A DNA stretch of 64,000 bases, taken from positions 138,012,001 to 138,076,000 of the forward strand of contig OX597815.1 of assembly GCA_951406725.2 (NCBI GenBank), written 5' to 3'. The translations under genes and the position numbers were made by a program. The notes beneath the pieces are model-generated. The model was not told the DNA's origin. It ran no database searches and saw only the letters and a list, made by a program, of their open reading frames with translations. The first letter of the stretch is position 1. Each line of letters starts with the position of its first letter. The stretch is from Octopus vulgaris (taxonomy: Eukaryota). This document shows positions 23,970 through 35,861 of the stretch, piece by piece.

Positions 23970-26769
23970 AATGAATGTTTTTATATATAATGAACGTGAA
24001 ATACAGGAAGGGACGAACACGGAACACAGACAAATCATTCGAAGCCTTCAATCTTCAGTCAGACACCGAATCATCATAGCAAATTTCGGCTGTTCAATTC
24101 TGATATTTGCTCCAACTCGGCCAGCCCCAAGAAAAAAAACTAAGCTGTAAGCATTAGATTTCTTGGTAGAAGACAGGAATGTGAACGCACAAGACGGATG
24201 TGAATACAAGAGACGAAAACGAAATTGAAAACAGTAATGAATAAACAAAATATATAGAACGGTGGTTGTCATACGACTTTAGACCAAATGAGACAAAAAC
24301 ACAACAACAACATAGCTGGCGTAGAAATAATTACCGTTTCGGTAGCGGGGACACATGTTGGTCGAGATACGAAGGCCAACAGAATGGTTTAAGAAGCAGC
24401 AGGTCGCAGGAGAGAGAGAAAGAGAGACAGAGAGAGAGGGAATCAAAGAGGGTGGAAGGCAGGGGACAGAATCAGTGACCAAGAGAGAAGGAGAAAGAAG
24501 GGATTAAGGAGGATGGGAGGAAGAGGGGAGGAGGATGGGAGGAAGAATCGGAGGGCGCCAAAAAGTTTGGTGAAGAAGCAATGGCGGGTAGTAAAAGACA
24601 GTGTGTATAGAAGTCGTGCAGGGTTTAAAATTGGACAAACAAACGGGGGGGTGCACGTAATATATATATATGTATGTATATCTTTGTATGTATATGTATA
24701 TATGTGTGTGTGTGTGTGGTTGTGTGTAATCAATAATATTGAAAGTAGGAGACAAAGATAGTGTGGCTTAAAGAAGTCATTTAGCACATGCACAATGTGC
24801 AAGCAAATATATTCAGTGTGTTTTTTTCATGCATATACTCATTGTAGTGTTTGTCTGCAATGTCTACATTGTATTTGAGTGCTATTATATGCACAAAGCA
24901 CGTGCTCACCTACATGTACAGCTGTGGTTGATTGCATTAGTAGACAAATGAGTGAATAATGGAAATGAATAATAGTAAATGTGTGAATAATTGATGAATG
25001 GCAGGTAATGGATTGATGTAGATGTGTTCATAATGGAATACACTGCTGCTTACTTGTATTTTCATGCATACTCTCTTATCTTCATCCTCTTGGATGCACT
25101 CTGCCTCATGGTACACTCACATGCACAGTCATACTCATGAACATGTTCATGAACTGTAATCTGATTGGGTTTATATACGGGGTGTCCCAGAACTGACTGT
25201 CTATAAATTAACTGTATTTCTACTGTGTCACTTAACAAATTTCTACTAAGCTCCAATAAGTGTACATATACTAACATATGTATTAATATTACTTTTTCTT
25301 CCATGGCCTTACTTAGTCTGTTGCTTAGAAATCCACACATGCATTCATGTAGGAACTTCGTTTGCATTCTTGCTTCTGTATTTGATGGTAGTGGGGCGAT
25401 TCAAGTTGTAATGTTTAACGTTCTCAAATATGTAAGTGAAAATTGGGTGCAGTAAAATTCCTTAAAATTTATAAATTGAAATCAAGTTAAAAAAAAAACA
25501 AGTGAAATGGGAAAATCATAGAGAATTGTTAGGAAGTCTGTGGGGTTAATTCATGGTTGTTCTGATAGGAGCTACTATAGAGTTTATGGATTCATTCATT
25601 GTCAGATAAGTCCACTGGCACTTGCATGAGTATAAAGGAAGTTATGAGGGGAAGGCTGTAGGTGATTACCTAATCTTTAAGATATCTCTAAATGTATTGG
25701 CTGAGGTTTACACTGAGTGGCTATCCTCACAGTCTACATGGTAAAGCTCAGGAATATAGGTGTGTTCGACCCTTTAGCATTCAGATTACTGTGTGAAAAT
25801 AATTCTCATTTATTCATACAAAGCAGAATTAATCATGCATTATCTCATCGCTTTTGAGATTTCACTGATGTGATTGCTTATATTTAGAGTGACAGTGTGA
25901 GAGGCTGAATCTGGCCAGTTTGATAACAAATCAGGTGGAGTATTTAGGCCAGTTGTGGCTAGTTTAAATACTAAAGGGTTTATCTGTAACAGATAAGCTG
26001 ATGTGTGAATATAAGATATAGTTTATTTGAACCAGTAGCAATCATAGATTGTCTGCATGAGTAATCCTGATTTCTTGGGATATTGAAAAATTTCCTGGAA
26101 GTTCATGTCTTAAAATATTTAATATTGGTTTCAAATTTTAGCACAAGGCCAGTAAGTTCAAGGTATGGGGTTAAGTCAATTACGTTGACCCCTGTGCTCA
26201 ACTGCTACTTATTTTATTGACTCCAAAAGGATGAAAGCAAAGTTGACCTCAGTGGAGTTTGAACTCAGAATGTGAAGATGGAAGAAATGAAACATTTTGC
26301 CTGGTGTGCTACTTAAAATATTTAATATCAAAGAAAGGTTTATACACAGGAACTAACATAGACAACATGGCTAGACAGATAAATCTAACTTCTCTGCTTT
26401 ATTATATATGTGGTTTTAATATTTCTGTGGTTTACTACTCCTGAAATCACTTATAGGCAGCTTTTTATTAAAAGAGATTGTAATTCTAATCTTATACTGA
26501 ATTTGAAATGTATACATGCATAATTCTCTTTCCTTACTCTCATCCTCTGATCTAGTCACTGTTTCTTTGAAATACAAATTGATTTATTTTCATGGTGACT
26601 ATTGTTGTGAATACAATCACAATCTGGGACTACTCTCACTATGTATGTTGTTGGCATGTATTTCTATTATGTAGATATACATTATATATATCTGTGTTGT
26701 GTGTGTGTATGTGTGTTTATGTTTATGTTTGTGTGTGTGTGTGTATGTGTGTATATATATATATATATA

Positions 26770-27570
26770 TACATGGTCTGATCAATACATATCCAGACTG
26801 TTGCCATAGTAATGAAGAACAGAGAGTAAAGATGCTTGGCACAGATTGACTTTGAACTCTGCTGTGCATGCACTCTAAGTTTTAACATGCTAGCTCACTT
26901 CTGCTGATTACAGCAATTCTTGAAAGGAAGGTGTGTAGCATGTGATCATCATATTAACCTTAACAGAGGAAGTTGAATAGGGAATCTGCATCAAATTTTG
27001 CTAAACCTTGGTGATACCTGCTTAGAGGCCTATGCAAAGTTTTCAAGAAGTCTTCTTTGTTTTTCAACACAATGAAGGACCTGAAATCCAAGTGTCTTTT
27101 TGGTCAGCTGAAAGCAGTTTTGGCACAAACTTGGCAGACATGCATCTCAAACCCAAATCTTCAGTGATAATGGACTGAACTGAACTGTAACTCAACTGCA
27201 CTTCCTCTAATAACTCATGGATGGTGATTTGATGATTTTCCCTCAGCTGCATGCACATCTGCGATGTTTTTCTCAGTTCTGTTCATTGTGGGTCTCCCAG
27301 AACGTTTGTCAACATCAACATTTTTTTGGTTATCTTGGAGATGTCTGAACCACTCATACACTTGTATGTGGCTCATACACTCCTCTCCATACACTTTCTG
27401 CAACTCTGTGTAGGCCTCTGAACAGGTATTGCTATGACAACTTTCTCTGTCATGGTCAATGTGATGATCACATGCTACACACCTTTCTTTGAAGCACTGC
27501 TGTAAAGAGCAGAAATTAGCTAGAGCATTAAAACTTACTGTGCATGCACAGCAGAGTTCAAGGTCAATCT
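26770..27570. mobile_element. Mariner-type relic with inverted duplicated 5' end
   Basis: VYGEECMSHIQVYEWFR...DKRSGRP and MSAKFVPKLLS (mariner HTH and WVP-linker equivalents) on the minus strand; about 26845-27040 and 27400-27570 are diverged inverted copies. Confidence 0.8.
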
Positions 27571-27759
27571 TTTACAGCTGGATGCCCTTCCTAACACCAA
27601 CCACTCCACAGAGTGGACTCAGTTCTTTTCACATGGTACTAGTACATGCGAGGTTAGTTTTGGCATGATTTTTACAGCTGGGTGCCTTTCCAAACATCAA
27701 CCATGTTATGGTGTGGACTAGATGCTTTTTATACATATGTTTGTGTGCGTGAGTGTGAA

Positions 27760-27835
27760 TGTGTGTGTATATATGTATATATATGTGTCTGTGTATACAT
27801 GTATATATATGTGTGTGTGTGTGTATGTATATATA

Positions 27836-27921
<86 letters not shown>

Positions 27922-27933
27922 CATATACATATA

Positions 27934-27965
<32 letters not shown>

Positions 27966-28031
27966 CATATATATATATACATATATATATATACATATAC
28001 ATATATACATATACATATATACATATACATA

Positions 28032-28063
<32 letters not shown>

Positions 28064-28066
28064 CAT

Positions 28067-28112
<46 letters not shown>
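27760..28112. repeat. Compound (TA)n/(TATAC)n microsatellite
   Basis: Direct reading of sequence. Confidence 0.95.
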
Positions 28113-28114
<2 letters not shown>

Positions 28115-28184
28115 GCTAGCATGGAAAACTGACGCTAAATGATGATGACATACATACATATATATATATATATAAATATCATCA

Positions 28185-28472
28185 AAATCGTAATCTATCA
28201 ACATCAATAGAATTTGTAGCTGTGATACCAGTGCCGGTGGCACGTAAGAGAACCATCTGAACGTGGCTGTAGCCAGCGCTGCCCGACTGGCCTCTGTGCC
28301 GGTGGCACGTAAAAAGCACGCACTACACTCACGGAGTGGTTGGCGTTAGTAAGGGCATCCAGCTGTAGAAACACTGCCAGATCAGACTGGGCCTGGTGCA
28401 GCCTTCTGGCTTCCCAGACCCCAGTTGAACCGTCCAACCCATGCCAGCATGGAAAGCGGACGTTAAATGATG

Positions 28473-28473
<1 letters not shown>
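28185..28473 (+). mobile_element. (GAT)n-tailed SINE
   Basis: Close match to about 15945-16235. Confidence 0.8.
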
Positions 28474-28523
<50 letters not shown>

Positions 28524-30671
28524 TTTTTATGGTCAGACAGGCAGCACTGGCATCGGCTACACTTGAATGATATATTTTTACGTGCCACTAGCATGGGTGC
28601 CAGTCGGGCGGTACTGGCATCGGCCATATATGTATATAAGGATTCACAATGGATTCACATAAAGGCTAATGGAAAAAGCATACTTTTTATGTGGCAAATG
28701 CAAAGAGACATACAAGAAATAGATTATCTTAAATGATCAGTAATAGATAGCTTTTGTTACTTTGATGATGTAATTAACTATGAAGAGGGGTGTTCTGAAA
28801 GTATACTAGTCAGATTAAGAGCTGTTTGGAGAAAGTCCAGGAAGACGATACTTTTGTTAGTAACAAAGGTTTTTCTCTCTCAGAGAGGTAGATCATGTGA
28901 TGCTTGTGTATGAACTGCAATGATAATGGACTTTGAATGCAGAGAACCTGTGAAGACTAGAAAACAATGAAGCAAGCGTGCTCTGCTGGATGTGTAATGA
29001 ATGATGGAGTACACTTAACTTGAGAGAAAACCTGAATATAAAAGGAATCAAATATACTGTACAGTATACAAGACTGCACTGGTACAAGGTTATGATGCAT
29101 GTTAAAGAGGACATTTGTATTAGGTATAAAGAAGCATTGTGCTCTCCAAGTGAATGGTACCTGTGGAAGAGGGAGATGCCTTGAATGCAGTGAAAGTGGT
29201 GAAGACTGATTTGAAGTTATTGCATCTCATAGAAGAGGAGACTACAAAGGACTAGGTTGGTTGGTGATAAGCAATGTAGAAGACACGTCCACCTGTGTAG
29301 GTGTGGTGAAATGGATGCTAAAATTTCGTCACTGCCAATTTTAGCATCCATTTCACCACACCTACACAGGTGGATAGTCCTTTGTAGTCTCTTCTATATA
29401 GAGTCAAACCCCAGACCAACCAAAACCTTGAAAATGGATTTGGTAGAAGGAAACTGAAAAAAACCTATCATATGTGTGTGTGTGTCTCTCTCTCTCTCTC
29501 TCCTTGTTTTGACATTGTGAAAGTTGTAAACAAGTGTCACCACACAAGTGGCATCATTTGCTTCCAATCCTCTGTGACAATATATCAGGACTTGAGGAAA
29601 TATCACCTTTGCATCTCTCCATTACCCCTATACCCTATCACTCATCCATCTACCTTGACCTCTTTGTCACTCATCTGTCTGTCATTCATTCTGTTATCAG
29701 CTCTCTCTTCTTTTCACTTTGACTGTATTATACCGTCAGTCACTGTAGCTAAAGATGATAGTGAATCTCACTTCTTCTTTATACTATGATTCCAGTGTAA
29801 CTAGGGATGTTAGTGCACCTATCCGACCCTCTTATCTTTTCAACATTGAACACTTTTCTCTCATCCATATCACCTAACTCTTTCCACTTGTCCCAGTATA
29901 TATTCACTGTGTACACTTAATAGATATACTCATTTATTTCCTTGATTTCATTGTTTCTCAACTCTATACAGCCTTGTGCTATGTTTTCAGACAGCATGTA
30001 TTTTGTTTACATGTGGTTCGTATTAAGGGCTACTGCAGAGTGATAGGTGTCCAGCTCTGTCTGCATGGTCTGTTGCTGATATGTGGTTTCAGTAACGAGT
30101 ATGATGTTATCTACGAACTGTAGGTGAGTTACTAGCTTGCTGTTGATCTTCACACCAATTGTCTAGTCAATGTTTCTAGATGTGGCAAAGAGCGTTGGAA
30201 ATATGATAGTGAAAATGTGTATGTGTGTGTACATGTACATGTATGTACATACATGTATATATGCATGTGTACATGTATATATATATATATATGCATGTGT
30301 ATGTGCATGTATATATGTGTGTGTGTATATATATGAGGTCGACTTTGCCTTTCATCCTTTCGGGGTCGATAAATAAAGTACCTGTTTCGCACTGGGGTCG
30401 ATGTAATTGACTTAATCCCTTTGTCTGTCCTTGTTTGTCCCCTCTATGTTTAGCCCCTTGTGGGTAGTAAAGAAATATATATATATATATATACTACAAA
30501 ATTAGAGAATGGAGAAACATCCTTAAATCAATAAAACATCAACTATCCGATGATACCCAATCAATACTTTAATACACCATTACATATGAGTAAAGGCATT
30601 ATACAAAATGAGATATACAGTAATAGTAAAAAGATAAAGAGATATAAGTAAAAAATTTCAAATATAATATG

Positions 30672-30805
30672 CAATTAAATCAAAACTGACAGCTGTTTCG
30701 GCAGTGAGGGCAGTCATACCTCATTTAACCTATAAGCCATAAAGGCAGGTATAAATGAGGCATTAACAAGGATGCCCCACGGCCTCTTCAGAGAATTAAA
30801 TTAAA
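30672..30805 (-). ncRNA. Type I hammerhead ribozyme with extended stem II in the PLE pseudo-LTR
   Basis: Minus strand: CTGAAGA (30791-30785), GGC...GCC closing an 85-nt stem II, GAAA (30699-30696), C-AGCT-G, cleavage triplet GTC (30690-30688). Confidence 0.8.
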
Positions 30806-31129
30806 TTTGTTATAATTGTGAAAAATATTATATAATCATATACATATAAATATAAAAATATAAAAATGTAAAATATAAAAACTTATACATCATAATGCTA
30901 CACTTATATAATATAATACTCATTGGTACAATAAAGGAAGGTAAACAGAACAAAATAAAACAAAATATATATCAGTGTATATACTAATATTAATAAGTAC
31001 CGATATTATACATATTTGGCTAATAGTTTTTTTAAAAAAAAACTAACACATAGGGAGATGAAAAATAATAATTAAAACCATGGTTCAGTTCATAAAATTC
31101 TAAAGCTATAAAAGTTAATAAAAATTACT

Positions 31130-31162
<33 letters not shown>

Positions 31163-31163
<1 letters not shown>

Positions 31164-32505
31164 GTACTTGTCAATTGTCGTGGTCCCGGTTTTGCACACG
31201 CGAATTGCGCGCGCGCGTCAGACGTAGGTACTCGATACTCGAGATCCTACGAGGTGATTTGCGCATGCGCAGTGCAGAATTCGCGCGTGCGCGTTAAACC
31301 CCCCCTAAAAAAAAAGGTGTTGGATTTCACTAAAAATGTGTGTGTGTGTGTATATAACATTTTCAATTTTACACAAAAAAATTACATAGTCGCTTTCCTC
31401 GCGGATTTACAGAGAAATGAATTAATTACTATTTTACAGAATAAAATTAATGAATTAATTATATAAATTAAATAATTCTTGAAAATTAATTAATATTAAT
31501 AATATTTTTTGAACAAAGTAAATAATTTATAAAACTTGGTTAATAATTTTTTTTACACAAACGCGAACGTATATAATTTGTGAAACTTTTTTTTTTTTAC
31601 AGACGTATATAATTTGGTAAACTTAATGAATTAATTTCTTCTCATCATCATCATCGTTTAACGTCCGTTCTCCATGCCAGCATGGGTTGGACGGTTCGAC
31701 CGGGGATCTGGGAAGCCAGAAGGCTGCACCAGACTCCAGTCTTATCTGGCAATGTTTCTACAGCTGGATGCCCTTCCTAACGCCAACCACTCCGAGAGTG
31801 TAGTGGGTGCTTTTTACATGCCACCCGCACAGGTGCCAGGCGAGGCTGGCAACGGCCACGGTCGGATTGGTGCCAGTCGAGGCGGCTCTGGCATCGGCCA
31901 CGATTCGGATAGTGCTTTTTACGTACCACCAGTCCAGGGGTCCTGGCATTTGCCGGGTGCCACACTTGCCCCAACATGTCTTCGCAAGCAAAGGGGGTTG
32001 GCATGGGTGCCTGTCGTGGGATGAGGTTCGATATCAACTTCGCTTGCCTCAACAGGTCTTTGTGTATAAATGTATAAATTTTTCGCACTAAATTCTTTCC
32101 GTAGAATTTATCAAAAAACGCGCAAAATTATTCCGTAGACTTTATCAAATTAAAAAACGCAAAATTAATATATTTTTTGAAATTGCAAATTATTTAGAAT
32201 ATAAAACAAATTAAGTTGAATTTTAAAAATAAATGTCATATACTTATACTCTGTAAGGTGCTGTGTTCACACTTCAATTTACTATTTTCTAGAAATGTTG
32301 CTTTTCTAATTGAAACAATTTTTCTCAATCTCCATTTAAAAGTCCATAATGCCTCTTGAGCCATATCAAAATGAACAACTTTGAATTACCCGGTGGTGGT
32401 GGTGGTGGTGGTGTGAGGTTCTAATTTTTTTTCTGATCTCTCTTTGCCCCCCCCTAGATGGAGGTGTGGTGGGGAGACAGATGAAAGATGTTTCATTCTC
32501 TACTA

Positions 32506-32564
<59 letters not shown>

Positions 32565-34070
32565 CTTAAACCTACACGATATAGTCTATAAATTTGGGAT
32601 GTTTTTGAAAGATAATATATTTTCTCATCAGAATATATATACTTTCTCACACTACAATTAAGATATATTTATTTTAAATCGTTCATCTTTTCCCGCGACA
32701 ACAAAAATTGGGCGCGAAAATTTTTCTAAATATTAGCTGAATGAACAACTGAGATAAAGAGGGGGCAAAGAGAGATCAGAAAAAAATTAGAACCTCACAC
32801 CACCACCACCACCACCACCACCACCACCGGGTAATTCAAAGTTGTTCATTTTGATATGGCTCAAGAGGCATTATGGACTTTTAAATGGAGATTGAGAAAA
32901 ATTGTTTCAATTAGAAAAGCAACATTTCTAGAAAATAGTAAATTGAAGTGTGAACACAGCACCTTACAGAGTATAAGTATATGACATTTATTTTTAAAAT
33001 TTAACTTAATTTGTTTTATATTCTAAATAATTTGCAATTTCAAAAAATATATTAATTTTGCGTTTTTTAATTTGATAAAGTCTACGGAATAATTTTGCGC
33101 GTTTTTTGATAAATTCTACGGAAAGAATTTAGTGCGAAAAATTTATACATTTATACACAAAGACCTGTTGAGGCAAGCGAAGTTGATATCGAACCTCATC
33201 CCACGACAGGCACCCATGCCAACCCCCTTTGCTTGCGAAGACATGTTGGGGCAAGTGTGGCACCCGGCAAATGCCAGGACCCCTGGACTGGTGGTACGTA
33301 AAAAGCACTATCCGAATCGTGGCCGATGCCAGAGCCGCCTCGACTGGCACCAATCCGACCGTGGCCGTTGCCAGCCTCGCCTGGCACCTGTGCGGGTGGC
33401 ATGTAAAAAGCACCCACTACACTCTCGGAGTGGTTGGCGTTAGGAAGGGCATCCAGCTGTAGAAACATTGCCAGATAAGACTGGAGTCTGGTGCAGCCTT
33501 CTGGCTTCCCAGATCCCCGGTCGAACCGTCCAACCCATGCTGGCATGGAGAACGGACGTTAAACGATGATGATGATGAGAAGAAATTAATTCATTAAGTT
33601 TACCAAATTATATACGTCTGTAAAAAAAAAAAAGTTTCACAAATTATATACGTTCGCGTTTGTGTAAAAAAATTATTAACCAAGTTTTATAAATTATTTA
33701 CTTTGTTCAAAAAATATTATTAATATTAATTAATTTTCAAGAATTATTTAATTTATATAATTAATTCATTAATTTTATTCTGTAAAATAGTAATTAATTC
33801 ATTTCTCTGTAAATCCGCGAGGAAAGCGACTATGTAATTTTTTTGTGTAAAATTGAAAATGTTATATACACACACACACACACACATATATTTTTAGTGA
33901 AATCCAACACCTTTTTTTTTAGGGGGGGGTTTAACGCGCACGCGCGAATTCTGCACTGCGCATGCGCAAGTCACCTCGTAGGATCTCGAGTATCGAGTAC
34001 CTACGTCTGACGCGCGCGCGCGCGCGAATTCGCGTGTGCAAAACCGGGACCACGACAATTGACAAGTACC
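31163..34070. mobile_element. Foldback element, TIRs about 1.3 kb, non-coding spacer about 310 bp
   Basis: 31163-32451 and 32761-34070 are inverted copies differing only by a few substitutions and microsatellite lengths; termini GGTACTTGTC...GACAAGTACC; aataataat on both sides. Confidence 0.9.
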
Positions 34071-35161
34071 AATAATAATAATATAATAATAATAATATTA
34101 TTATAATAATAATAATAATAATAATAGTAGTAGTAGTAGTAGTAGTAGTAGATACATACATACAGTTAAGTTTGCACCAAGTCCATCCTTTCAAGATCGA
34201 AATAACTATGAGTTTAGAAATGCTGACCACTAGGTAAAGAAAATTTAGATTAATTCGATTGGATATTGGTTTGAAATTTAAATCACAAAAGAAAATTATA
34301 CGGTTGGTTAGTCAAGGAACGCCAATATTCACACACGCATCTACAGATCAATCGCACATACACACATAGTTATATGTATATACATACACTTATACACATA
34401 CATAATCACAAGCAACAACTAGCACATAGATAAACAAAAAGGGAAGCAACTATGCTACCATTTAGTCCTTCAAAATTATAACTGTGCCTCAAATAACGAA
34501 AAAGAACCACCCATGCATTTCATAAGATATTTAATTTAGATATAAATATATTTTTAAATATCAGTATGTTACTAAGTCAGATAAATATTTCATGGGTAAC
34601 TTAAAATTTATAACACCGGTTTGTTGCAAAGTAAACATACGGTTGTTAGATTTATCGTAAGTTTGTTATGATTCCAAGTACGCTAAATTATAAAATATAA
34701 AATATATATTAATTTATATATATTTATATATTATAAATAAATCACTTATTTACTTAATAAATTTAATGCCATAATATACCAGTTTAGGTATTAAAAAATA
34801 GAAGGGGAAGTACTAATGTAAACGCTTATGAGAACATCACAGAAATTTTTAAAAATTTATATTATAAATACTTAAGATAAAATGTGATAAAATAAATAAG
34901 AAGGAATAAACACGAAGGAATAAATACGGTTATACACATATTATAAGTACAAACCAGTATATATGTATTCATATATTATTAAAATTAAATAAAAATAAAT
35001 GATAGATATGTATGTATAAAACTACCCTAGTATAAGTAAATAAGTAAAAAATAAATAGATAACAAATTAGATGACTTGATATGTATGTAAACATCTACAC
35101 TTAAATAGGCAAATAAATAAATAATTAGAAGACTAAATGCAGAGATTGATAACATTACAAT

Positions 35162-35192
<31 letters not shown>

Positions 35193-35861
35193 AAAGTGAA
35201 TATATATGTTATATTGTTGAAAGTAAATATGTATGGAAGGATAATTTAAAGTACAGATCCAGAGGACTATAGATATAAACTAAATATATGAGGCTGGTAA
35301 TATTTATAAAGCCAAATGTATGTAAAAGAAAAAAATGAAAAAAATGAAAAAGGTTTATTAGTAAATAGCATAAGATACAAATTAAGGTGAGTACAAAGAA
35401 AGACCAAATATACAATAAAAACCTTCCAAATAAACACATACAAAAAACCTATATTCTCAACCTAAACACACCAAACTCATAAAAGGCTCTCATATATTAC
35501 ATATTATACAATATTATTACATTATCTAGAGCTAGGTATCTAACCAAGATATACATATATACTATGCAATATACTATGCAATATTAGAAAACTTCAAAAA
35601 TCACATATTACAAGGCAAATACCAAAATGAATATGTTATTTCATGTCATATTGCATTTCCCTTAAAAAACAAACAAAAACCCACATACAAAAACAAGAAA
35701 CAAATAATACTAGACACATCTATTATTATTATACAAATGTAGCTATAAAAATTATAAAATTATAAATTTATAAGTTGTATACTTTAGAATTATAGAAGAC
35801 CACAGGTATAGTTAGTTAAAGAAGGGAGTTAAAAAATTAATAATAGTGGAAGTGCTAAGTT

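Noticed and set aside
24030-24130. CTGAAGA and GAAA words on the minus strand
   Set aside because: Order and pairing do not give a hammerhead topology.
31674-33546. Identical mirrored ORFs of 77-116 aa
   Set aside because: Incidental frames in the SINE duplicated in the foldback arms; no domain signature.
31163-34070. Pure assembly artefact explanation for the large inverted repeat
   Set aside because: Not favoured: arms differ at point positions, the spacer is unique and both ends fall in one (AAT)n tract; still needs read confirmation.
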